DNA of 64,000 bases. Source: Acidobacteriota bacterium. GTDB taxonomy: Bacteria; Acidobacteriota; UBA6911; RPQK01; JADFOI01. The notes under the pieces are model-generated. The model was not told the DNA's origin. It saw only the letters and a program-made list of their open reading frames with translations, and did not search any database. This document shows positions 38,636 through 48,570 of this stretch, in pieces; position 1 is the first letter of the stretch, and each line of letters opens with the position of its first letter. Position numbers and translations under genes: made by a program. Where the stretch lies: NCBI GenBank assembly GCA_963663035.1, contig OY760074.1, positions 2,592,001 to 2,656,000 on the forward strand, given 5' to 3'.

Positions 38636-38713
38636 GGGGAAATATGGGGACAGTCTACCCGTTCACCTCATTTCGAAATGAGGTGAACGGGTAGACTGTC
38701 CCCATATTTCCCC
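38636..38713. repeat. Perfect 78-bp palindrome without a loop
   Basis: GGGGAAATATGGGGACAGTCTACCCGTTCACCTCATTTC followed directly by its reverse complement. Confidence 0.93.
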
Positions 38714-38756
38714 TGTATGATTTTGAAGCAGAGGTTTTCTTGAAGAGGAGCGGAGC

Positions 38757-39290
38757 ATGAGCCAGAGTAGTGGATTTCTAGTGAAGCGAGGGAAAGCCCT
38801 CGAGGACGAGTTTTTCCACCGGGAAAATCAAAGACTTCTTGAAAATCTGCGCCAGATGAAACAGATGGAGGAGTCCAAGGAGGCTCTAGCCGAGGCATCT
38901 GGAATCGACAATGATGCCATCCTGGAAAGTCTGCTGGAACTCAAGATTCGCGCCCAGACTCTGGCTGCGCTAGCCATTATTCCCCTCATTGAAGTGGCCT
39001 GGGCAGACGGGCATCTGGATCAGAAGGAACGGAACGCCATTTTAGCAGCTGCTCATGCTTCGGGCCTTCACAGAGGACACGCAGGTTACGAAATGCTGGA
39101 GACCTGGGAACAGTACATCCAAGAGCTGTGCAACCAAGTGACCGGGGAAGAGCGAGAAACTTTGGAGGTTCAATTTCTGGGACGGGCTCGATCTGTGGCA
39201 GAAGCCAGCGGTGGCTTCCTGGGCCTGGGGTTCAAGATCTCAAAGGCGGAAGCAGACGTGCTCGAGACCCTGAGAAAAGCCTTTCGCTAA
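38757..39290 (+). CDS. Conserved hypothetical protein with TerB-like segment
   Basis: RGKALEDEFF, PLIEVAWADG..ER..IL and VAEASGGFLG..IS. Confidence 0.7.
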   Translation: MSQSSGFLVKRGKALEDEFFHRENQRLLENLRQMKQMEESKEALAEASGIDNDAILESLLELKIRAQTLAALAIIPLIEVAWADGHLDQKERNAILAAAHASGLHRGHAGYEMLETWEQYIQELCNQVTGEERETLEVQFLGRARSVAEASGGFLGLGFKISKAEADVLETLRKAFR

Positions 39291-39299
39291 GTCTCCAGA

Positions 39300-39377
39300 G
39301 GGCCCGCAGGCTAAAGCCTGCGGCTCTGACGGAGCTGCCGAATCTCAAACAGAGCCGTGGGCTTTAGCCCACGGGCC
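39300..39377. repeat. Free-standing REP hairpin pair
   Basis: CCGCAGGCTAAAGCCTGCGG, spacer, then CCGTGGGCTTTAGCCCACGG, between convergent genes. Confidence 0.8.
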
Positions 39378-39386
39378 AGAGCGGCC

Positions 39387-40040
39387 CTACTTTTTGGCCT
39401 CGACCTCAGCCAGAAATGTCAGGAGTTGGCTTTGTTCTTCAGCAGACAGCTGTAGAAACATCAAAGCCACTAAATGGAGATCTTCTCCTTTATCTTTGAC
39501 CGGTTCAGATCGAACGACCCATCCCACCACAGTCACTTCCTGTGACGAAGATAAGCTGAGGTGCATCTCCAGTTTATCCTCCCTTTGCAAGGGAAGTGGG
39601 GTTTCAAAGGCCAACCCGCCGATACTGATATTCTGGATCGTGGAGTTCCGGACTTTCTCGTCAATGAGCTCAGTTTCAGCAGCATCAATGACGGTGAAAG
39701 AGAAAGGGATAGGCAAACGAACCCGGAAGGATTTCCTTCGCTGCAGAGTTGAGCTGCGGCCCACGGCGATGGTCACGTGCCGGCTCTCGGGGCCGGCGAC
39801 CTTGATAACCTGTGAGTCCCAGTAATACAGGACAGCCTTTGTATCCCAGTACTTGATCTCAACCTTCTCCCCTTCTTGGAGAGAGGTCTTTGAGGATGGC
39901 CTGGAAACCTCCAACCGCAGCAAACCCGGGGAGATGGCAACAACGGTAGCTGCCAGCTCCAGCTTTGACTCCCCTTGAACGGATATGGCCATCCCGATCT
40001 TCAGGTAAAGATCGAGGCCTTCAGCGTCCACTTTACTCAT
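39387..40040 (-). CDS. PilZ-domain c-di-GMP effector (YcgR-like)
   Basis: QRRKSFR (RxxxR) and NISIGG (D/NxSxxG). Confidence 0.88.
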   Translation of the reverse strand: MSKVDAEGLDLYLKIGMAISVQGESKLELAATVVAISPGLLRLEVSRPSSKTSLQEGEKVEIKYWDTKAVLYYWDSQVIKVAGPESRHVTIAVGRSSTLQRRKSFRVRLPIPFSFTVIDAAETELIDEKVRNSTIQNISIGGLAFETPLPLQREDKLEMHLSLSSSQEVTVVGWVVRSEPVKDKGEDLHLVALMFLQLSAEEQSQLLTFLAEVEAKK

Positions 40041-40085
40041 TGGCCATGCTCTACAGAATGGTACATCAGGACAACGGCCAGGGAT

Positions 40086-40111
40086 AGACCGGATTATGCA
40101 TAATCCGGTCT
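40086..40111. repeat. Perfect 26-bp palindrome, collapsed MITE-family terminus
   Basis: AGACCGGATTATGCATAATCCGGTCT; encodes the recombinase C-terminal RPDYA and stop. Confidence 0.8.
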
Positions 40112-41164
40112 TTCCCGTTTCTCGTCTTTCTGGGCGCGACTGTAGCGGACCACGTGCTGCAGGGATCGGTGTCCCAGCAGCTTCGCCACCAGGGTCGGGT
40201 CACCGCTCTTTCTGAGCTGCTCCAGGGCAAAGGCATGGCGGAGTCGATGGGGATAGAGCTTCATTGGCGCCCGGTAGTGGATGCGGGCATGCTCGGCCAC
40301 CTTCCGAAGGAGAGCGTGAACATGCTGTCGCGAGATTTTGTTGGCATAGCGGTTTAAAAACAGCCAGCGAGGATCCGGATGTTGCCAGGGAGCCGATTTT
40401 TCGATTCGTCGCCTGGCCTGCTCAGAAAAACCTTCGTATTGAGCACAGAGACGGGCACTCGCCCTCTGCCGAAGGGCCCGATAGCCGTCCAGTTTTGCCC
40501 TGGCCGGCGCGGGCACATAAGCATCACGGAAGTGGCTCCCTTTGGCCGGAAAGCTCCTTAGCCATTCGCCGTCATAATGCTTCACCTCCAGATTGCAGAG
40601 TTCAGTCACTCGCAGGCCCACGGCATAAAGCAGATGGACAATGGCCTCGTCGCGCGCCGCTTCCCAACCGGGCTTCATACGTGAAAGGTCCTGGATGGAT
40701 TTAAACAGCCGCTTCACCTGAAACCGATCCAGACCTTTGGCTTCGGGCGGGTCCCGGGGCACGTTTTTCACACCCCAGACGGGGCACTCCCCGTCAAATG
40801 CCCGCTGCTCCTCACAGTAGCGGCCAAAATGCTTGACCGTGGCCAGAAAACGATTGACCGTGGCCGGCTTATAGCCCTGGGCCAGCAACTCCTCACGAAA
40901 ATTCTCCGTATCCCGCCGGCACCAGAAGGTGATCTCGGAGGATCGATTCCACTCCATGAAAAACCGGTAAAAGAGGGAGAGATCGCGGGCCTTGGCCTTC
41001 CAGGTGTGGAGAGAGCCCACGCCTGCAACGCGCTCGTCCAGATAGCGGCGGATCCAGTAGGCGAGATCCTGGCTGTGCTCCTTTGGGCCGAGGAACGGTT
41101 CCGATCCCTCTAAAATCTTATGTAACCGGAAATCAGCCAGTTGTACCAGGTCGTGTTCAGCCAT
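40094..41164 (-). CDS. Xer-like tyrosine recombinase
   Basis: YKPATVNRFLATVKHF, GLRVTEL (R), AKG (K), PHRLRH (HxxR), LGH and VRY (Y): full catalytic set. Confidence 0.92.
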   Translation of the reverse strand: MAEHDLVQLADFRLHKILEGSEPFLGPKEHSQDLAYWIRRYLDERVAGVGSLHTWKAKARDLSLFYRFFMEWNRSSEITFWCRRDTENFREELLAQGYKPATVNRFLATVKHFGRYCEEQRAFDGECPVWGVKNVPRDPPEAKGLDRFQVKRLFKSIQDLSRMKPGWEAARDEAIVHLLYAVGLRVTELCNLEVKHYDGEWLRSFPAKGSHFRDAYVPAPARAKLDGYRALRQRASARLCAQYEGFSEQARRRIEKSAPWQHPDPRWLFLNRYANKISRQHVHALLRKVAEHARIHYRAPMKLYPHRLRHAFALEQLRKSGDPTLVAKLLGHRSLQHVVRYSRAQKDEKRERPDYA

Positions 41165-41188
41165 TTACCCAGCAATCTTACCCACTTC

Positions 41189-41216
41189 GGGTAACATAAG
41201 ATTTATTATGTCAGGC
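41189..41216. promoter_or_regulatory. dif-like recombination site upstream of the recombinase
   Basis: GGGTAACATAA-GATTTA-TTATGTCAGGC has the 11-6-11 layout and CATAA-N6-TTATGT core of dif sites. Confidence 0.7.
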
Positions 41217-41273
41217 AAAGCACACCCGTAGTGTCTTTTGCTATGATTGATTTCGCAAAAGGAGGCACGATTC

Positions 41274-41612
41274 ATGAAAAAACAATCCATTCTTTTTCTC
41301 TTTCTGATGGTCCCGCTGCTGGGAACTCTCCTGGTCAATCAGGCCCATGCTCAAAGCGCCCAGCGCACAGGAGAGGTCATCATTATCGATGCAGAGAAGA
41401 AATCCTTCGTGGTCAGGACTGCCCGGGGACGGACCAACATCCTGACGACTGACGAAACCGTCTTCAAGAAGGGGGAAGAGGAACTCGGGTTCGAAGACCT
41501 AACGGTTGGTACCAGCCTGCTCGTCATGGGTGTCCGCAGCGGCGCCGATGTGGAGGCTCGAGAGGTGACGGTGCAAGCCGAAGAGGCTGCCCCAGCCGAC
41601 GACAGGATGTGA
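41274..41612 (+). CDS. Small exported OB-fold protein (DUF5666-like)
   Basis: Signal peptide ending AHA; TDETVF..G...GFEDLTVG..V.G.....AREV; AGGAGG RBS. Confidence 0.65.
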   Translation: MKKQSILFLFLMVPLLGTLLVNQAHAQSAQRTGEVIIIDAEKKSFVVRTARGRTNILTTDETVFKKGEEELGFEDLTVGTSLLVMGVRSGADVEAREVTVQAEEAAPADDRM

Positions 41613-41661
41613 CAGCGGATTCCTTATACAGGAGTTGATCGAACGGGGGGGATGGAATCCG

Positions 41662-43128
41662 ATGCCTGTTTTTCTACTACTCTTCTTTCTGTTGCTTCTC
41701 AGTGGCTGTTCCAGTCCCACCCAACAGACCGTTGGCCAGGGCCAGTTGCCAGCGGGAAAGATCGTGCTGACGGGCGGAACGCTCATTGACGGGACCGGCA
41801 GAGGGCCGGTAGAGAACGCCACGGTGGTCATTGCTGGTAACAGGTTCGAAGTGATCCTGAGCGGCGATGGAAACCAATACGAGCTTGAACCCAACACCCG
41901 AGTGATTCAGGTTGAGGGAAAGTATCTGTTACCGGGTCTCATCGATGGGCATGTCCATTATCTGGGTTGGGCCGGTCCCTTATACTTGGCCCAGGGAGTC
42001 ACCTCGGTCCTCGACCTGGGAAACTATACTCCCTGGATCCTGGCCCAGAAGTTTGCTGTTGCCAATGATTTAGTGCCCGGACCCAGAATCTTCACCTCTG
42101 CCGGACAGATCGATAGTCCCCCCGGCACCTTCCCACACAGCGTCAACGCCGCCACCGAAGAGGAAGCCAGAGAGATCGTCAGAGCACACGCTGGCCGGGG
42201 TGCGGATTACATCAAAGCCTACACCATGATCCGGCCGGAACTCTTGGAAGCCATCATCGAGGAAGCCCGTGCTGCGGATCTTGTGGTGAGGGGACACATC
42301 ACCGTCAGCGCCCGAGAGGCTGCTCTCTTTGGCATCGCCAGTCTGGAGCACATGAGTGGCATTGCCATTGCCACCATAGATGATCCGGAGATCCTTCAGG
42401 AGATTGAGCAGAGAAGGACGGAGCCGGAATACGTCATGGAAACTGTTCGTGAACTGGCACCGCTCATGCAGCCCGAATTGTTCGATGACTTGATCGAACT
42501 CATGGTCAGGCAGGGAACCGCCCTTTCCCCCACCCTTGTCAGCTGGTGGATGGGAGTCCATCCCCACACCCGGGAATACGAAGAGCAGGACCAAGCTTTT
42601 CTCCAGGACCCCAGGCTGTCCTTTATCCCCGAAGTTTCTCGACAAAGCATCGTGGGGCGGTATTCTCGCGCCAGGAGCGATCGCTCAGACCCCAAGTTCG
42701 AGGTGGGCTATGCCAGGTCACAGGAGTTTATCAAGGCTTTTTTAGAGGCTGGCGGTACGGTGATCGCGTCTTCGGACACCACTTTGGGAGCCATGCCGGG
42801 TCTGGACCTTCACCGCGAGTTGGAGCTGCTGGTGGACTCCGGACTCTCGCCCCTGCAGGCATTGCAGGCCGTCACCAGAAATCCTGCCCAACTCATTGGT
42901 CAGGGTCACGAGCTGGGAACAATCGAATCAGGCAAACTGGCGGACCTCATTGTCCTGGGAGGCGATCCTCTCCAGGACATCCGCAATACGCAGATGATCG
43001 AGCTGGTCATCAAGGACGGTGAAGTCCTGGACATCGAATTGGACGCCCAGTTCCAGGATCTAATCCCTCGTCCCCTTCCCGCAGACTATCTCAGCCGTTT
43101 TAGCACAGATGAGCAGACCGTTCCCTAG
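41662..43128 (+). CDS. Amidohydrolase-family lipoprotein
   Basis: LSGC lipobox, PGLIDGHVH, SLEH, SSD and GKLADL. Confidence 0.88.
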   Translation: MPVFLLLFFLLLLSGCSSPTQQTVGQGQLPAGKIVLTGGTLIDGTGRGPVENATVVIAGNRFEVILSGDGNQYELEPNTRVIQVEGKYLLPGLIDGHVHYLGWAGPLYLAQGVTSVLDLGNYTPWILAQKFAVANDLVPGPRIFTSAGQIDSPPGTFPHSVNAATEEEAREIVRAHAGRGADYIKAYTMIRPELLEAIIEEARAADLVVRGHITVSAREAALFGIASLEHMSGIAIATIDDPEILQEIEQRRTEPEYVMETVRELAPLMQPELFDDLIELMVRQGTALSPTLVSWWMGVHPHTREYEEQDQAFLQDPRLSFIPEVSRQSIVGRYSRARSDRSDPKFEVGYARSQEFIKAFLEAGGTVIASSDTTLGAMPGLDLHRELELLVDSGLSPLQALQAVTRNPAQLIGQGHELGTIESGKLADLIVLGGDPLQDIRNTQMIELVIKDGEVLDIELDAQFQDLIPRPLPADYLSRFSTDEQTVP

Positions 43129-43134
43129 CGAGCC

Positions 43135-43479
43135 CTAGTGCTCGTGGGTCAGGGAAACGGAGCTGACTTTGATGGTCTGGGTATCCGGATTGAGCTCGCC
43201 CTTTACCACCACTGGGTGACCCAGAAATTGTTGAGCTTCAGTGCCATCAATCTCCAGGATAAAGGCGCCATCTTCCACCGACAGGGCCCACTCGGCCCCA
43301 CCCTTCAGGCACATGTTGAGACAGGCAACATGGTCTTCAGTGGCGGACTTGGCGTGATCAGCAGCACAGTGGGAATCTGAAAGCCAACCCGTCCAGCTTC
43401 CTTCGTCAGCGGCCATAGCAGAGCTGGTGAAACCCAGCAGCATAACCGCGACCAGGGTCAAAAAAAGTGATCTATACAT
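43135..43479 (-). CDS. Small secreted hypothetical protein
   Basis: Signal peptide, WTGWLSDSHC and CLNMC; GGAGG RBS. Confidence 0.7.
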   Translation of the reverse strand: MYRSLFLTLVAVMLLGFTSSAMAADEGSWTGWLSDSHCAADHAKSATEDHVACLNMCLKGGAEWALSVEDGAFILEIDGTEAQQFLGHPVVVKGELNPDTQTIKVSSVSLTHEH

Positions 43480-43668
43480 AGTTCTCTACCTCCAATTCTG
43501 GTTAGAATATCTGCTCCGCGACAGCACGTCAACTTCACCCCATTTCTTGACCCTCTGGCCTCTAAAACTTACAATTGCATTCCATAAAGCAGCTTCCAAT
43601 CGTCACGGTTTTCTAAGGGAAGGAGAGTGAGTCCAACTTCGTTGGAACCCACGATGTCTTCGTAGCTC

Positions 43669-46068
43669 ATGGGAATTTCCCGGAAACACGTCTCTGGCCT
43701 CCACGGACTGAGAAGGGGCATCCTCCTCGTTGGCTTCCTCACCACCTTCACCACTCTCTTCAGTCAGGAATCCCCGCCCCAGGGCAAAGTGGTGAGCGCC
43801 CACTATACTGAGTCCTTCATTTCCATCGACGGCAGCTTGTCCGAAGCCGCCTGGGCGACAGCCCCGCCCGTCAGAGGCTTTATTCAAACGGATCCATCGG
43901 AAGGAAAACCCGCCACGGAATGGACCGAGGTGAAGGTTCTCTACGATGACAAGAACCTCTATATCAGCGCCTATTGCCACGATCGACAGCCCAAGGACAT
44001 CGTCGTCCACGATATCACCAGAGACTTTGAATGGTTAGAGGAGTTAGAGGAGGATGAGATCGACTACCAAGTCGTGAATAACTGGCTAAACCAGGATCTC
44101 TTCGGTTTCCAACTGGACACCTTCAACGATGACCGAAACGGCTTCGTGATGGCCACCAGCCCCGAGGGGGGACAACGGGATGTTCAATTTTTTAACGAAG
44201 GCCGAAATGTGAACTTTGCCTGGGTAGGAGTCTGGCAGGTCGAAGTGCAAATGCACGACGATGGCTGGACAGCAGAATTCGCTATTCCTTTCGAGACTTT
44301 GAGCTTCAGTAAAGAGGATTTCCAGGTCTGGGGAATCAACTTCTTCCGGCTGCTCCGACGCAGAAATGAGTTAACCTGGTGGTCACCTGTTCCGCGCCGA
44401 TACGGCTTCTTCCAGGTCTCCCGCGCCGGCGAGTTGAGAGCCCTGGAAAGAGTCGACCAGGGTGCCCAACCACCCAGCGATGAGTCCTCGCGGGGGGCAG
44501 CCTCTCAGTGGCAATCCAGTAACTTCCGGATCTCCCCGGCTGGCTTCTTGACCGTCCTGCAAGGGCAAGGACGGGGAGGAGGAGGGCGAGCAGACAGTGA
44601 ACAGGACAGCGGACGCCTGAAGCTCAAACTCTATTCCCTGGCAGGCATGGAACAGTTCCGCTCCCGAGGGCTGCAAACCCAGGAGGTCTTCGATGGGGGC
44701 GTGGATATCAAATACGGCTTGACCTCGGGCCTGACTCTGGACTTGACCTTCAACCCCGATTTTGCCTTCGTAGAGGTGGACGTCAAAAAGAAGGCCAACT
44801 TGACCAAGTTCCCCACCTCTTTCCCTGAAAAACGCGACTTTTTTCGTGAAAATGCCGGGCTCTTTCAATTGGGGGAGACCTACCGCCTGGGGCCTCGCAG
44901 GAAGAAGGAGGCCACTCTTTTCAGAAGCAGGCAGATCGGGCTCTCAGATAGAGGCGCACCCATTCCCATCTGGGGTGGTGCGCGGCTGACTGGCCGGGTT
45001 GGGCCCTACTACCTGGGTTTCATGACCGTTCAGACCAGGTCTGAGGATGATTTACCAGGGGACAACTTCACCGTGGCACGGTTCAAGCGAGACTTTCTGG
45101 CCAACTCCGACATCGGTGTGCTGTTAATCAATCGCCAATCGGAGCACCCCAGCGACTATCACCGAACCTATGCCACCGATGTCAATTTCCAGTTCTTCAA
45201 AGACCTGAAATTTAACGCCGTCCTGGCCAAAACCGAAAACCCCAACAGCAGCGGTCAAAATGGGATGGCCACGGCGGAGATGAAATGGCAGAGTAATCTC
45301 TTCCGTGTTCTGGGGGCCTATTCGGAGATTCAGGAAAATTTCGACCCCCAACTGGGATCGGCCAAACGCACCGGGAGGAGGATCGTTCACGCCGAAATGG
45401 GGCTCAGTGCCCGTCTCCAGGAAGAGAGGAACCTGGGATCCCTCATTCGAGATATTTTCCCCCTGCTCATCTCCGATTTCGTGACCCTTCCCAACGGCGA
45501 GACCGAGGTCAAGTTATTGCGTCCCCAGGTGGAGGTCAAATTTCAAGATGGCGGCGGCTTTGTAACCCAGTACATTCAGAACTACAAGCGGGCAGAGAGG
45601 AGGCCCTGCTCCATTTCGCTGTCCCGAGGAGATTACAGGTTCAATGAAGTCCAGGTCCGATATTTCTCCGACAAGAGTAAGGTCCTTTCCTTCGACGCCC
45701 GATTCAAGAAGTGCGACGTCTTTATGCTCGAGAAAAAGACATTCACACTGGCAGGAAAAGTCCAACCCAGTTCCCGCTTTAACATCAGCGGGGACTACGT
45801 GAGAAACCAATTCCAATTGCAGGACGGAGGCCTGGCCACCTATGAGGTGGGCTTTAACATAAAGTACACCTTCACTCCCAAGATGTTTTTGAATGCTGCG
45901 ATCCGCTACAACAATGACAAAAGCCAGGTCGACTCCCACATCCGATTCCGCCTGATCCACCGGACCTCGAGCGATCTGTTTTTTGTCTACAACCAACAGC
46001 GGGATATCGAAGACGAGAGGACCGATCGAGTCCTGGCTCTCAAGTACACCTACCTCTTGGTTTTTTAA
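43669..46068 (+). CDS. Third CBM9/DUF5916 outer-membrane protein (divergent)
   Basis: IDGSLSEAAW, LDTFND, NPDFAFVEVD, FPEKRDFFRENA and C-terminal Phe. Confidence 0.82.
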   Translation: MGISRKHVSGLHGLRRGILLVGFLTTFTTLFSQESPPQGKVVSAHYTESFISIDGSLSEAAWATAPPVRGFIQTDPSEGKPATEWTEVKVLYDDKNLYISAYCHDRQPKDIVVHDITRDFEWLEELEEDEIDYQVVNNWLNQDLFGFQLDTFNDDRNGFVMATSPEGGQRDVQFFNEGRNVNFAWVGVWQVEVQMHDDGWTAEFAIPFETLSFSKEDFQVWGINFFRLLRRRNELTWWSPVPRRYGFFQVSRAGELRALERVDQGAQPPSDESSRGAASQWQSSNFRISPAGFLTVLQGQGRGGGGRADSEQDSGRLKLKLYSLAGMEQFRSRGLQTQEVFDGGVDIKYGLTSGLTLDLTFNPDFAFVEVDVKKKANLTKFPTSFPEKRDFFRENAGLFQLGETYRLGPRRKKEATLFRSRQIGLSDRGAPIPIWGGARLTGRVGPYYLGFMTVQTRSEDDLPGDNFTVARFKRDFLANSDIGVLLINRQSEHPSDYHRTYATDVNFQFFKDLKFNAVLAKTENPNSSGQNGMATAEMKWQSNLFRVLGAYSEIQENFDPQLGSAKRTGRRIVHAEMGLSARLQEERNLGSLIRDIFPLLISDFVTLPNGETEVKLLRPQVEVKFQDGGGFVTQYIQNYKRAERRPCSISLSRGDYRFNEVQVRYFSDKSKVLSFDARFKKCDVFMLEKKTFTLAGKVQPSSRFNISGDYVRNQFQLQDGGLATYEVGFNIKYTFTPKMFLNAAIRYNNDKSQVDSHIRFRLIHRTSSDLFFVYNQQRDIEDERTDRVLALKYTYLLVF

Positions 46069-46070
46069 AA

Positions 46071-46325
46071 CCCGGACTATGCATAGGTTCTCGTCACGAA
46101 GCGGCGAAAGCGCCGAAAAACAGAGCCGTGGGCTTTAGCCCACGGGCCCGCAGGCTAAAGCCTGCGGCTCCGACTGGCGCGCGAGGGGTACCCGCCACGG
46201 GTCGCCCCCCGCAAACGTACTCTTGAGTACGTTGAGGAGCCGAGGGGTACCCGCTTGCGGGTCGTGCAACGCAGTCAGGGTGGATGATTTCGGCGCTGCA
46301 GTAGAGAATTTATGCATAGTCCGGG
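46071..46325 (+). mobile_element. MITE copy C (255 bp), all modules present
   Basis: Perfect TIR CCCGGACTATGCATA / TATGCATAGTCCGGG; REP pair, two AGGGGTACCCGC units and a CGTACT..AGTACG hairpin. Confidence 0.85.
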
Positions 46326-47664
46326 TTAAGGTTACCTCGGACGGTTACCCCAGCCGTTCCAGCAAATGGTCGGTCACACGCAGGGCATTGGCCATAATGG
46401 TTAGGGCCGGGTTCACGGCTGAACTGGAGACAAAGAAACTCCCATCCACAACGTACAGGTTGTCCAGATCATGAGCTTTGCAATTCAGATCCAGAGCTGA
46501 AGTCTTCGGATCGGGACCGAAGCGGATGGTGCCATTCTGGTGCGCTGTACCAGCCAGGGGAATCTTCTTGCCCAGATAAAGAGCAGTGGGAATCAGGTGA
46601 CTCTCGCAATTGATCTCCTTGAGCATACCCTTGAGTTTGGCAACCAGGCGCTTATGCCCCTCCTCGTAATTTTCCTTATAGCGCAGCACGATCTCCCCTT
46701 GAGAGTTGAGGCTCACACGATTCTCCGGATCCGGCAGGTCTTCTGAAGTGATCCAGAAATCAAGCGCATGTCGGGCCATTAAATCGAGTGTCATCCCGGG
46801 CACCAGCGGCGGTGCTTCAGCTTTGAGCATCTCGCCATTGGACTTTCCCAGCATCTGCAGATGGCCCAACGGATACTCAAAGTCGTCCGATCCAAAGTAG
46901 TAATCATTCAGGCCGATCGTCTTTTGAAAGATGGTGGGATTGGGTCTTTTTGAAATAGCCAGAAAGGCTGAATTGTTGTGGGCCATATAGTGCCTGCCGA
47001 CCATGTCAGAACTGTTGGCCAGGCCATTGGGATGCTGATCGTTGGCCGAGCGCAGCAGCAGTGCGGCGGAATTGACGGCACCACAGGCCACCACCACGAT
47101 ATCCGCTGAGAAGGCTTGGCTTCCGCCCTCGCCTTGGGCGACGACCTTGGCGACCTCACGCCCCGAGGGGTTGGTTTCCAGGCGAATAACCTTGGTGTGG
47201 GTGAGAAGGGTGACGTTTTCGTGTTGTAGAGCCGGCTCGACACACAGGACGTGTGCGTCGGATTTGGCGTGAATCAGGCAAGGGAATCCGTCGCAGGTAT
47301 CGCATCGGATACAGCGGCTCTTCTGGGGATCGGCCTCATCCAGCATGATCCCCACCGGCAGAGGAAATGGGGTGTGACCGATGCGTCTCAAATCATCCGC
47401 CAGCTCCTGAATGCGCGGCTCGTGACTCACAGCCGGATAAGGATAGGGTTTACCTGCGGGCGGCTCCGTGGGATCGCTCCCGCGCTCCCCGTGCACTTGA
47501 TAGAGCTGCTCGGCCCGGGTGTAGTAGGGCTCGAAGTCTTCATAGCTCAGCGGCCAGGCGGGAGAAAGCCCCCCGTGGTGCTGGATCTCCCCGAAATCTT
47601 CCTTGCGCAAACGAAACAAAACGGCACCATACACCTGACCTGCCCCCACGAACGAGTCCACCCT

Positions 47665-48570
47665 CTATGCTAGACCCGGGACCATTTGAAGTCCACTCCA
47701 AGGGATTGGATCCAGTGCCTGCGACCTAGGTAGTTTGGCCTCTGGCGCCGGCGGCCGATAGGCCAAGGCGCTGTGAGGCCGGATCTGATTGTAATCCCTC
47801 CGCCAGCGTTCTACCAACACCTTGGCTTCCCCCAGCGTGTCGAAGATCTCCATGTTCAGCAGCTCATCCCGTAGTTTCCCGTTGAAACTCTCAATGTACC
47901 CATTCTCCCAGGGGCTGCCCGGCTCGATGTACAAGGTCCTTACCCCAACAGCCTGCAGCCAGTCCCGGACCGCCTGTGCCGTAAACTCCGATCCGTTATC
48001 GGACCGGATAAACTCAGGCACTCCCCGATCAACGAATAACTCCGCCAGCCGGTCCAACACGTCTTGGTGATTCATCTGCCGTTTCACATCAATGGCGAGG
48101 CACTCTCTGGTGTACTCATCCAGGATCGTCAATAGCCGAAAGGCTCGCCCATCATGGGTCCGTTCATGCACGAAATCATAGCTCCAGACGTGGTTCTTGC
48201 GAGCCGCTCGTAACCGAACACAGGAACCGTCATTAAGCCACAGCCTCCTTCGTTTCGGCTGTCTGGACGGGACTTTCAGCCCTTCTTGTCTCCACAGCCT
48301 CTCCATCCGCTTAGGATTCCCCTTCCACCCTTCCCCATGAAGTATCGCCGTGACCCGCCGGTAGCCATAACGCCCGTATTGCGTAGCCAACTCCACCATC
48401 CGGGCCACCAATCGGGCCTCATCATCGGGAATTTGCCTTTCCCTTCGCTGGGTCGATCGAACCTGTCCCAGCACTTGGCAGGCCCGACGTTCGGAGACTC
48501 GCTCTGCTCCTAATCGCTCTCGTACCCACATCACCGCTCGTCTCCTGTTCGCCGGGCCTAGAAGTTTCCC
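47665..48570 (-). CDS. IS3 transposase OrfB (DDE)
   Basis: Same as copy 1 except V->G and V->M. Confidence 0.92.
   Translation of the reverse strand, partial: GKLLGPANRRRAVMWVRERLGAERVSERRACQVLGQVRSTQRRERQIPDDEARLVARMVELATQYGRYGYRRVTAILHGEGWKGNPKRMERLWRQEGLKVPSRQPKRRRLWLNDGSCVRLRAARKNHVWSYDFVHERTHDGRAFRLLTILDEYTRECLAIDVKRQMNHQDVLDRLAELFVDRGVPEFIRSDNGSEFTAQAVRDWLQAVGVRTLYIEPGSPWENGYIESFNGKLRDELLNMEIFDTLGEAKVLVERWRRDYNQIRPHSALAYRPPAPEAKLPRSQALDPIPWSGLQMVPGLA

Noticed and set aside
40094-41164. Integron integrase with the MITE hairpins as attC sites
   Set aside because: No recognisable IntI-specific patch; the repeats lack RYYYAAC/GTTRRRY ends; flanking genes are convergent ordinary genes, not a co-oriented cassette array.
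41189-41216. Canonical chromosomal dif/terminus
   Set aside because: The right arm (TTATGTCAGGC) departs from the XerD arm TTATGTTAAAT, and no strand-composition switch is obvious by eye (not computed); kept only as dif-like.
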